Part shown: positions 19,527-31,089 of the stretch, in pieces | Layout of the letters: each line of letters begins with the position of its first letter | Position numbering within the stretch: position 1 is the stretch's first letter | Position numbers and translations under genes: made by a program | Assembly (NCBI GenBank): GCA_907165135.1 | Contig: OU015569.1 | Location: 7,626,001 to 7,690,000, forward strand | DNA from: Oikopleura dioica | Taxonomy: Eukaryota > Animalia > Chordata | DNA length: 64,000 bases | Reading direction: 5' to 3' | The notes under the pieces: generated by a model | Told to the model about the DNA's origin: nothing | The model's database searches: none | Seen by the model: the letters and a program-made list of their open reading frames with translations, nothing else

Positions 19527-22222
19527 CTATTTCTTCTGCTGCTTGGCAAGTTTGTACTTCTGATAGCTTCCCATTTTCGTTTTCCTGATGGACACAAAAT
19601 AAAAATTAATATCATGTTTTCTCTCACTTGGCAGTTTGAATTTTCTGAACTTCGTGTTTGTAATGAATAAACTCGTAAATCATTTTCCCCACTTCATTTC
19701 CGAGGATTTTAACTATTCGTTCTTCTGGAGACTCAATAAGATCTCTGAGACTGTTGAAATTGTCCAAGACCAAACCCACATTTTTCGAAGTGATACCTGG
19801 CAAGGTAAGTGCGGCGTCTACCTACAAATAAGGAAGTTTCATTAGGACTTCTGAAATCCAGTTACCTGTTGGGTGTTGTACTTTAGAGCGATATCGGTTT
19901 CGCAAAGGATACTTGGGTCTTCCGTATCTTTTTGAGCTCGCTGAACATTATTGCCGTGTGACTGGGTGATCTTGACCAGAGAACCCTTAAATCGAGGTAC
20001 TCACGAAATCAATAGCAATTTATGTTACCTGACGTTCTTGAAATTGATCAACGCCAGAATGAGTTTCTCAAGTGCCATACTAAGCGAGTAAGTCTTGACT
20101 CTCGCCCCTTTAAAGGTGAAGGGTTGATTTTCTTCAAACTCGAGCAGCAAGATCGGGCGCGTATAATGTCGGCACATCTTCGTTAGCTGCGTGAACAGTC
20201 TCCCGTTGTTGATTGATCCAATGAAGTCCATCAATGATTTCCGCTCGACGACCATCTGCGGCGAAAGAACGAAGTCGCCGACCTCAATCATGCTTATAAT
20301 TGGTCTTAGATGGTGACGAAAAAGCATTCCAGGAAGTTCTGATTTAAACTCGCGCGTATCGATCACAATCGCCGGCCAGTTGTCATAGTTTTCAATGTCC
20401 ACTTCATGGGTCTGCTTGTTCTCGATAGAATCTGCCTCCTCGAGCAAGTACTCAAACGCTCGTATTTCGCTGTTCTTTGTCGAAACGAATTGAGCTTCGT
20501 CTACTGTGTCTACATAAGACACTGAAAAGACACTGAGCTTGCATTTGGACTTCATAAGGGACGCCTTAGCGTGCTCAACTTCTCTAAAAGAACTTTGTCT
20601 ATATTTCGTCGATCTTATCAGTTTCACCTAATCGTCTTCAAGTTGACCTCGTATATCACAACGAAATCAGGTCGCATATCGTAAATCACACTTTCTATTC
20701 CGAAGCCAGGGTCGTTATCAAGAAGAAACAAGAAAATATCTAGTTCCCCAACTTTCGGCAACTCTTCTTCCTCCGAGACTTCTTCTCCAGAATCAGGGTT
20801 TAGAATAAATCTACGATACTGCCATTCTAGTATTTCTTCTGGGGATTTTTTCAATAGCGCGAGCACCTCTCGTCCGGATTTTGCGTTTCTGCATGTTATC
20901 AAGACTTTTTTTCGTGTCGTTGAAGCTGTCTTTTTAATTTCGCCAATGATGTTGATGAACGCCTCCCATTTCGGGAAAATTTCGAACTTGAGATCTCCTT
21001 TCTCATGAAATACTCGCAATTTAGCAAGTTCGTGGAGTTTACTTGCCTGCGGATCGTTTAGCCACTTAAGATCTTTTTGCTCGATCTTCTTGTCATATCG
21101 GTTCTTCAGATTCGAATAGAACTCTAAACATCGACTGTTTACAAATGCGAATCCCATTTTAGTAGTTACCAACGGCACTGTGGTAGATCAAGCTGAAGAG
21201 GTGGACTTGGATTTCTCTAAGATTGGCTACACATTCTTTTCCCCGCGCGTCGACGAGGTCTGACTTCGGTTCGTATCGTTCTTCTATCCACAATCTCAGA
21301 CCGCCCCAGGTTGAGAAAAGTTCTACAGAGTAGCTGCCGAGATCGACGCCGCTCTTTTTGATTTCCTTCACTTCTTTGCTCATCAAGTCAAGCAAAATAC
21401 GCTGCATCTCCTTCATAGTATCGGTAAATCTGGCTTCATAGTTAACAATAGTCTGTTGGAAAAGATAAACACAGTGTTATTGGCAATAATTTATCGCTGA
21501 AATAGGTAAAGTTTGCATATCCTATCCTCAGTGCTTCGAACATCAAGCTTGACGAGCTCGTGAAACCTCGCGAAAATATGGCTTTTGCTGACCATAAGGG
21601 AGCTCATAAGATCTCTAAAATTCTTCGCTATTTGAATCGGACTGTTTGAGAGGCAGTGATGGAATTGAAGACCCTTAGATTTCGCTAGATTCAAGATGAA
21701 ATTTTCTTCCTTTTTTCGAAGACACTTTTCAGGCGTGAGGATGAAGATGCTGTGTATCTTCCGATCAATGACGTTTTTGAGCAAGTCTTGAGTGAGTACT
21801 GGAGAGCTGATGAAGAAGATTCCACCTTTTTTGTACATTTTGGTTCGTTTTGCGTGGTGGAGCTCAGATACCGATACCACAGGCTGGAGTGCACCAGACA
21901 ATATGTACTCTACTTTTAATCGTTCCATTTCCGACTTACTTTCTTCAGCGATGAAAATTTGTTATATTCATTGAGAATACGTCCAAAAGTACAATTTACA
22001 CCGCTGACTAGCGTTAAGTATAAATATTAGCTCCGAGCACTCTTCTTCCATGAGATATGGAAGTGTAAGAGAAATAAGAATCTTTCTCACTGAAAAACCA
22101 ATCGGAAGCACTAGTAACGAGCTTCCTCTTTGCATTCTTTTGACGATCTCTCTCTCATAGCTAAGAATTGTGTCGACAAAGCATTGATGCTGCTCTGTCA
22201 GCGAGCTAACCGTACCGGACAT
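19527..22222 (-). CDS. ERCC4: DNA repair endonuclease XPF (ERCC4/Rad1)
   Basis: N-terminal LSYEREIV...helicase-like region, FPKWEAF, nuclease IVIDTREFKSELP...VGDFVLSPQMVVERKSLMDFIGSINNGRLFTQ, and C-terminal (HhH)2 LTLPGITSKN...IYEFIH. Confidence 0.94.
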
Positions 22223-22408
22223 TTCTTTCTTACGAGATAAAAGTAAGAGAAAATCAACACGAACAAGTTTAAAACATATAGAAATATATTGCTTGACACA
22301 TCTGATGATGGCAGTGCGAATAAATGGAGAGATAAAGGCAGTTGGCTAATACAAAAAGCTAGACAGGATTTTGAAAATTATCGTATTCTTGAGGCAAACG
22401 TTAACGAT

Positions 22409-25400
22409 CTAGCTGGAGCACATCATGCATGCTTCTGGGTTATTCAACGAGCAGACCTGAAGAAAGAAAATTGTCTTCTGCTATCCATAAGGCTGTGGTC
22501 TTACCATAGCTGCTTCATTTAATCGTTGAATGTCTTCTTCGGTAGGACCTTTGCCCTCGTCAATAGAAGCCTCCACAGGCTCGGCCTTGACAGCAGGCGC
22601 TTCGACCTTGCCCTCGAATGGAAGGTCGTTGGTCTTGGCTTCTTTCTTGGGGACCGTGTTCGTCTCCTTCACCTGAAGATATTCCCTTTTAAAGGACACA
22701 AATATTGATCAAAATTACCTTCGATTTATCGATGGTGAACTTGATCGCAGCGGCAGCTGGCTTTGTACGAAGATAGTACATGCCAGTCTTCAAGCCCATC
22801 TTCCAGCCAGCGAAGTGCATCGAAGTCAATGTTCCGTACATAGGCTTCGCCATGTGGATGTTGAGCGATTGGGACTGATCGATGAATGGTCCACGATCGG
22901 CCGCCATCTGGAGAACATTCTTTTGTTTGATTTCCCAAACAGTCTTGTATCGTTCTTTGACGTCGTTGGGGACCGCAAGATTCTATTTTTTCTAACTTCA
23001 ATAATCGGGGATAATTTAGATTACCTGAATGGAACCGTTGTCGTTGACGATCTGCTGTCGAATCTCGTCGCTCCACACATTGATTTCCGTAAGCTCACGA
23101 AGAAGATGTGGGTTCACGACCTGGAACTCGCCGGAGAGTACACGTCGCGTGTAGATGTTGCTCGTGAAGGGCTCAATGGATTCATTGTTACCCAAAATCT
23201 GAGCAGTAGATGCAGTGGGCATCGGAGAGACCAGAAGGGAGTTTCGAACGCCATGAGTCGCGACCTTCTTTCGGAGCTTGTCCCAGTCCCAAAGATCAGT
23301 GGGAGTAACACCCCACAAGTCAAACTGGAATTTACCCTGCGCCATTGGAGAGTCAGGATTTTTCTGTCCAGTAATTGGATGCGTATGAGCTTTGTAACTG
23401 GCGTACGGTCCATCCTTTTCAGCCATCTCGCAAGAGGCCTCCACGGCAGCTAAAATAGAGTCAAATCTTTAACAAATGAGGCAAAACTTACCGTAGTAGA
23501 TGGTTTCAAAGATCTGTTTGTTCAAGTGCTTCGCCTTTTCTGACTCGAAAGCTAGTTTCAAAATGCAGAAAGTATCAGCGAGACCCTGCACGCCGATTCC
23601 GATCGGACGATGCTGGAAATTGGAGAATCGAGCTTGCTCGACAGGGTAGAAGTTGATGTCAATGACCTTGTTGAGGTTTCGTGTGACTATCTTCGTCTTT
23701 TCGTATAGGTCATGGAAGTCGTAGTACATTGAGTTGTCTGTCGCATTCTTTCGGATGAAGGCGGGAAGAGAAAGAGAGGCCAAGTTACAAACTGCGACTT
23801 CGTCTTTCGAGCTGTACTCAACAATCTCAGTGCACAAGTTTGAGCATCTGATCGTGCCGAGGTTTTGCTGATTGGACTTTCTGTTGCACGCGTCCTAAGG
23901 CCCATAAGAAAAAAGGCATTTGATTAAGCTAACCTTGTAGAGCATGTAAGGCACGCCGACCTCAATCTGGGCTTCGATGATTTTGTACCAGAGAGCTTGA
24001 GCCTTGACGGTTCGCTTTCCGCGGCCTTCATTCTCGTATCGCTGGAAAAGAGACTCGAACTCTTCGCCCCAGCACTCATGAAGACCGGGGGCTTCATCGG
24101 GGCAGAAAAGAGTCCAATCGCCGTTAGACTCGACGCGCTTCATGAACAAGTCGGGGATCCAGAGAGCGTAGAAAAGATCACGAGCTCGGATTTCTTCAGA
24201 GCCCTGAAACTTTATTCAACAACTAAGCCGAATCAGTTGAAACTTACAGTATTTTTCTTTGCATCGAGAAATTCGAAAATATCAGCGTGCCAGGGCTCCA
24301 AATAGACGGCAAAGGCACCTGGTCGTTTGTTGCCACCTTGATCTACATACCTTACAAGAGATTAAGTATTTTGTTACGTACCGCAATAACTGAAGATAAT
24401 GGAGATAATGAGAACCGCGAATTGATAAATGAGTGGTGAAGTGTGCAATTTTTTTCTACAGTCGCATCTGACACAGAACATGCTCCGAGCAGAATTTGTC
24501 TGAGCTAATAGTAGTCAGAGGCATTCCTTACGGTGAACTGTGTAGATACTTGTATAACTGAATTGATAAATGACATGCATGATTACCGCGCGGTATTGTT
24601 GTAAACTCGCAGCATGGGAATGAGTCCATTCGAGTGTCCATTGGTTCCTGTAAGAGAGTCAATTTTGAAAGTTTAATCAACATTCTTACCTCCAATGTAA
24701 GATCCACGGGCTCGGATATTGTGAACATTGATCCCGATGCCTCCAGCATTCTTGGAGATCAGTGCACATGTCTTGAGAGTATCATAGATACCTAAAAAGA
24801 TTAAAGCTTTCCTCATTGACGTTTTCTACCTTCAATCGAGTCTTCTTGCATCGCAACAAGGAAACAGCTGGACATCTGTGGTCGAGGAGTTCCGGAGTTG
24901 AATAGAGTGGGCGAGGCGTGAGTAAAATACTTCATGCTCATGAAGTTGTAGGTCTCGAGGGCAGCGTCGATGTCATCGCCGTGAATGCCGACGGAGACAC
25001 GCATGAGCATATGCTGTGGTCGCTCGACAGTCTTGCCATCGATCTTCATCAAATAAGATCGCTCCAAAGTCTTGAAGCCGAAGTAGTTGTACTCGTAGTC
25101 TCGATCATGGATGATCGCGCTGTTCAACTTGTCCTAAAAAGATAAGTTAAAGCATGACCGCAAATAGAAAACTTACCTTGTTGTCCATGATAATCTTATA
25201 AGTCTGATCACCAATAAGCGGCTTCTTCTTGCCATTGTAACCTTCGACGTTGCGCAAATCCTCGATGACTTCAGTAAAGAGTTTTTTTGTCTCCTTGTGA
25301 AGATTGGAAACGGAGATTCGTGCAGCCAGAATCGCGTAATCGGGGTGATTGACCGACATCTGCGCCGCTGTCTCGGCGGCAAGATTGTCCAACTCGACGG

Positions 25401-25639
25401 TGGTGACTCCATCGTAGATACCATCGATAACCTGAAAAGATGATATTATAAGCGTTTAGCTTCACAATGTTGTCTTTGTCATTGGTTGCCGAGAAAAAGT
25501 TTACCTTTCTAGTGACGGTCAGCGGGGAGAGGATGTTCATGTCGAGATTGTAGCATAACTTCTTGATTCGAGAAGTGATCTTGTCGAAGAAGACCTCCTC
25601 AAGACGGCCATCCCTCTTCTTAACCCTCAAGTCAGCCAT
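22409..25639 (-). CDS. RRM1: Ribonucleoside-diphosphate reductase large subunit (class Ia)
   Basis: ATP cone [46 protein letters not shown]...[29 protein letters not shown], and C-terminal [15 protein letters not shown]. Confidence 0.98.
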
Positions 25640-26110
25640 TGCAGTGCCGTTTCTATAAACGTTCATGGTTAAAAATCGAAAACTTGTGCTCTCTCGGTGC
25701 GTTTCGTTGTTAATGGCAAATGGAAACAACAAGTATGAGTTTCTAAGAGAGTCTAGAGATGAGTGCGCTCCCTCCCCAGAAACTCAACAACACACATCAA
25801 AATTAACCGGGGTCTTCTCAAAACGCGGTTATAAGACTTCCAAATCAAAATTAACGGGTTTCTCGCATAAATCATACTCACTTTTTCTCAACGAGTACTT
25901 TTCTTACTCTATTTTCGGGTTTTTCTACCATTTTTGATATTCTCTCTTGATATTTTATTCGAATGAAAAAAATCAGCGATGATTGCTGCTTTTGTTAATT
26001 CGAAAAAAGTGAGTTTAGACGTGCGCAAAGATGTCAATTTATACGCGCGGGGAGCAGCAAAGCGTCACAAAAATATTGTCGAAGACAAAAATGTCGGTTA
26101 GCCGGACAGC

Positions 26111-26118
26111 TTTGGCGG
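26111..26118 (+). promoter_or_regulatory. Possible E2F site (TTTGGCGG) upstream of RRM1
   Basis: Match to the E2F consensus in a CpG-rich patch about 470 bp 5' of the RRM1 ATG; RRM1 is a classic E2F target. A short motif alone is weak evidence. Confidence 0.3.
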
Positions 26119-26452
26119 TAAATCGGATCCTGCGCGAAGTTTCGTTTGGGGGGACACGCATCGCTCGTAGACGCTCTTAGAGCAACGAAATATAATAAAG
26201 ATCACGGATATTTTACAGTGGAAAATATCAGTAGGAAATCACAGCAGCGACCAAATTACTAACCGTTCTACAAAAATAAAAAAAATGTAAGATTAATAAA
26301 GAAACAAATTCAAATCCTGCAAAAAATGAGACAAATCCAAAGGGTACTAAAGCATCGCCATGCAAGAGATTTATCAATTGCAAAGAGAAATGAGTAACCA
26401 AGGGAAAGCAAAGGGTGTGGTTTATGCAGCACGAGATTTATTCAAAGCGCAT

Positions 26453-27174
26453 TTAGAACTTGTCGAATTGCTTCTTGTTAGCTCCTGGGGGCTTGGTGTG
26501 CTTGATGACGTTGAATCGGACGGTCTTGGAGAGAGGTCGGCACTCACCAACGGTGACGATATCGCCGAGTTCAACGTCCCGGAAGCAGGGAGAGAGGTGG
26601 ACAGCCATGTTCTGAACGCAGTGATAAGCAAGATTGAAGTAAAATGCGGTTAGGCTTACGGTGTGTCGTCTCTCGAATCGACCGTACTTCTTGACAAAGT
26701 GAAGGTAGTCTCGTCGGATGATGATGGTGCGCTGCATCTTCATCTTTCGGACGACACCGGTGAAGACTCGACCTCTAGAATTCAATTAAAACGGGTCGCT
26801 GGCGAATAGGATCGACTTTTCCCAGCCTGAGTTCGACCTCAACCTGAACAGATTCGAGAGCCTAACCGTAGAATTAATGAATCTGCTCAAAGACGAGGTC
26901 TAAAGAATTTAACTCAGATTTTCCACAGGCTACGTGACGAGAAAAATTCTCGGGGAAGCGCTCTGCTTCGGGAAAAGTGGTCTAACCGGATGGTGACGTT
27001 GCCAGTGAAGGGGCACTTCTTGTCAATGTAAGCGCCTTCGGTGGCTTCACGGGGAGTCTTGAAGCCAAGACCGACGTTCTTGACGTATCGCTTCTTGACC
27101 TTGGAGCCCTTCTTGGGGTTGTAGACAACAGCGGATTGCTTCTGGTAAGCTTTCTCGACCTGCTGGGCGTCCAT
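26453..27174 (-). CDS. RPS11: 40S ribosomal protein S11 (uS17), 3 exons
   Basis: [13 protein letters not shown]...[31 protein letters not shown]|[35 protein letters not shown]|[33 protein letters not shown]. Confidence 0.98.
26815..26978 (-). ncRNA. Highly structured RNA element filling RPS11 intron 1 (candidate regulatory or intronic ncRNA)
   Basis: Nested stems on the sense strand: ACUUUUCCC/GGGAAAAGU, CUGAGUU/AACUCAG, GACCUC/GAGGUC, UUGAGCAGAUUC/GAAUCUGUUCAG, plus two side hairpins. Confidence 0.5.
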
Positions 27175-27582
27175 GATGTCCGTTCAATTCAATCTAAAAA
27201 GTATAACATCAGGCTTTTCGTAAACTCAACTCATTTCTCTTTCAGCGATCACTTTTCAGCAGAGAGGCCTTCTCTCTGAGATAAAACTGGTCAACTCTCT
27301 CGTAGTAAAATAGGAATGCGAATGTCATGTGAAGTGCGCTCATTGGCCGGTGGATTTCTCCTGCGCGATTGGCTGGTGCGAGTGAGCGCGCCAATTTCAA
27401 AGTGGTCTCGTAAATTTATCTTCCTTGTCTCCAATTTTTGACCGAAAATGGAAAATGACTATCGCGAGCAATTGACAAGCAAATTTATAACAATTATCAA
27501 ACATCTAAAGAACCTAATGAATAAAATGATAGGATACTTTGATTTATTAAAATATCGGGAAGAAATAATTTTAAAAAGTAGT

Positions 27583-30266
27583 CTAACAGCTCCAATCGGG
27601 ATTTAGCTTCGATGAAGGATAGCATGGGCATTCAGCGTGGATTGTTGAATTGTAGCAGTGAGCACCAGTCGGGTCGCCCAGCGCAAAACACGGGAAAATA
27701 TCGGTCTTGTAAATCAAAGGTCCGAAAAACATGATGAACGCGTTGATCAGGCCTACACCAATGATCTTCGGCATAAATCCATTTGTAATCTAATATGTCA
27801 GTTAATCTTTGGAGTAAATCCAGAAATACCGAATGAATAGACTTTAGACGACCACTGCCGAAAGCAATAGCGTTTGGTGGAGTGGCGGCTGGCAACATGA
27901 AGGACATCGAGCAAGCGACGGTGGCTGGCAGGCAGAGGTAGAGTGGATGGACGCAGACTTTCAGCGCCTAAAACTTTGACGACATTAAAGAGAAGAATGG
28001 TACGCACCAGTTTATTTAACAGTGGAACGAAGAGGGCACATGCAGCAGTGTTGGAGGTGATTTCGGTGAACATTGAAGCCATTATTGAACAAAGCAAACA
28101 AATTGCCCAGCTTTCCCATCCATCCACAAGCTGTGCTAGACCTGTTGCGACGAACTCAGAAAATCCGGAGTCGTCAGAGGCTTGTGCGATAGCGTATCCG
28201 CCACCTAAAAGTTATTTTTCATCATCTACGAAAAGCGTTGTGTTACCGATGAGTATCAAGACTCCCCAGCCGGTTCTTCGCTGCACAACATCCCAAGTCA
28301 GAATTGGACGAGCAGGTCCGTGATCTAAATCTGTTAAACAACGCGAAATTATAACTATTTCTTACTTATCGAGATCTTGTCTTTTCGGAAACGATTGAAT
28401 ATGCAAAAAAGGCCGGAATCGTCGATAGGTAGAACGAACAAGCAGATTCCAATAAGAATAACGACCATTCCGTCTGTCATGTAACTTGGAACCGGGAAAA
28501 TATACGCCCAACCGGCTCCATCTGTGGGTTCTCTTGCAATCCACAAAATCACAACGATGATAAAACAGAAAAGTGATACATATTCTCCTTGCTTCATGGG
28601 GCCAAGCTTTTTGAACTCGGTGTTGATCACATTCTCAGCGCCTTCGTTCTTTTCGCATTTGAACCAACTTTGACCAGTTCATTTATGTTGTTTAGTACTT
28701 CGATAATCATATAAACAAACATTCCTGATGGGATTCCAGCCAAAGTTGAATCCTTGGAGCCAAATATAAGACAGAAAAAATGTCAGAAATGAAGGTAAAA
28801 GATTGTACATTGCCCAGTTCGCATAAGTAATGGCGAAGTACCCATTGTTTTGGTATTCACTTGTTGTGTACTCAGCGTAGAAATCGTTATAATAACCAGA
28901 GAGATACAAGTTCAGATCTGTTCCAGTAAATGTGCCAGTCCCGCCGATTGAAGCGGCGAAAGGAACACAAATCAGTAGCCCGATATCAAGAGCAGTTACT
29001 TTAATCGGCTTTGAAAAATATTATTTCATTATATGTTGAAATATCATTAATATTTCAGTAGAGAAAATCTCTCAGCCAATCCTGTAACTTCCGGTTCAAT
29101 GTCAGAACCATCACTTCCAACCACTGTAGAATCTATGCTGTCCATCGAGATCGCATCGAAATCTGTTTCTTCTATGTCTCCGTGTTTTTCTGGGCCTTTC
29201 TCCTCCGTATTCGATTTATCAGTATCTTCGTCAAGTGCTTCGTTCACTTCACCCATTTCAATTTCGTCTGTCTGGGCTCCTTTTAGTTGATCAAGCACTT
29301 ATTATGATAAAAAAAATTGAACGACAATCAATGAAAATAAAATTAAAATTTTCTATCCTTTCTGAAAGAACGATTGGGATCATCAAAGCTGTTGTCGATG
29401 TATTGGCGATGCACATAGAAAGGAACCAGGAGACAAACATAAATCCGAACATTAAACTTCTAGGGTTACTCCCAACAAGTTTGAGAGCTCCAAGCGCAAT
29501 GCGTCTGTGTAAATTTGACTGCTCAATCGCAATTGCAAGCATAAATCCTCCGACCAGAAGCATATTGACGTTTGACATGTATCTATAAAATTTTATTCGC
29601 TTTGGAATGAGTTTCTGCTGTCCAGTTAAATCTTTGGCTTTTCGATGCCCAGATTTTCGAAAGATGACCTTACAATGATCCTCATAGGCGTGGTCATTCA
29701 AGTCGACTCAAGGAAAAATGAGGTTACACTTTGCATTAATAAACTAAAAGTCATGCAAATACGTACTTTGAAGCAACGAGTCCAGAACTGAGTAAACCAA
29801 AGCTTTTAATGTCTCGAAAAGACGATGTGGTTATTTTTTACTGTTTTGGCTTTTCGAGCTGTTCCTTGGGAGAACCACGTAAGGAATAAGTGCGGTAACA
29901 GCAATCGGCAAAATATCGAAAATCCAGAAAGAAGCAACAATCACAAGAAGATACGAAAAGTCAGCAATAGGGCGAGCTTCCAAAGGATTTCCATCCTCGA
30001 GTTCTTTTTGGGTATTTCCGCGTCGGTTACATTAAATTTCGCTTAATCAAAAACAACCTTCCTAAGCAATCGCATTTGTTGCAGTCAATCAGCGTTTCGT
30101 TATGTGTTCCATTGAAAACCTGCTCCTCTACACAAGGTGTCAACGTCAGTGGCAGTATAAGTGTCAGGGAAGGAACGAGAATGAATATCCAAAGTCTGTA
30201 ATAGTCGAAGACGAAGTGCCGCGCGAAAGTCAGGGCCCGTCTGACGGGATGCCGCCTCTCGCCCAT
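27583..30266 (-). CDS. SLC13-family Na+/dicarboxylate-citrate-sulfate cotransporter
   Basis: Motifs [76 protein letters not shown], and [14 protein letters not shown]. The paralogue cannot be assigned. Confidence 0.93.
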
Positions 30267-31089
30267 TTTTTCTCACGTTCTCTTCCTTCTATCTCTTGTC
30301 ACCCTGTCAGGACTTCTCTGAGAACTTACGAGTGTTGTCTTATCCACTGCGCGGCGTCTGAACAGATCTTTTAAAAATTTTGCAACGTAGAATTGGCGAT
30401 CAAACAGATGTAACATTCTCGTCCACGATTTTCTCTAAAACTCTCAAAATTTCTCTGCAAATCAAATACCCGTCAGTCCTCACTTTTACGAAGAATAAAA
30501 TACTACGTCAAATATAAGTTTTGGCTTTACAGTGCACACCGTAGATAGCGGCCGCGTAAAAGCTATTTCTTATTTACAGGACAAACTTGATACATTGAGA
30601 AAAGCTTTATTTTACTATTATCCTGCATTTCAGTAAATCACATATTTATGATAAATTTTAACAAACCCAAATGCTTTATTTTTTCTCGTTTTTTGTAATA
30701 GAGATTTACATCACTCTTATGAATATTCGCTTTCTTGGTAAAACTTAGTCTTTGGCGTTTCAGTTAACTATGGTGTTATAATTAATAGTGTGTCTTAGAG
30801 CAAATTTGAGCACTTCTGAGTTGTGTACCGAAAAGACAGGCGTCCGCGATATCGAATTTGATTCTCACCGAGAGCGTCTCACCGTCCAAGCGCAAAATTT
30901 TTCAGGGTGCAGGGCTTCTATGATGGACAACTTGAATAAAAAAAACTGCATATGTGATACAAATAAAAGCATAGGCGTGAGAGTAGGTCATTATGGCAAG
31001 AGGGATCTTGCGATACTAAACACGTGCTCGGTTCTCATTATGAAAGTCTCGCTTCTGATCTGTGTTCAGTGTCTTTAAAGAGAAATGAA

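Noticed and set aside
22815-23453. 212-aa plus-strand ORF
   Set aside because: It is an antisense shadow of conserved RRM1 exons.
24354-24586. RRM1 233-nt intron with a 55-nt hairpin, a 14-bp direct repeat (GAATTGATAAATGA) and a decoy 8-nt micro-exon
   Set aside because: The flanking exons join correctly (NNTAR|YVD) without the micro-exon, and the snoRNA box pattern is incomplete; too weak to call.
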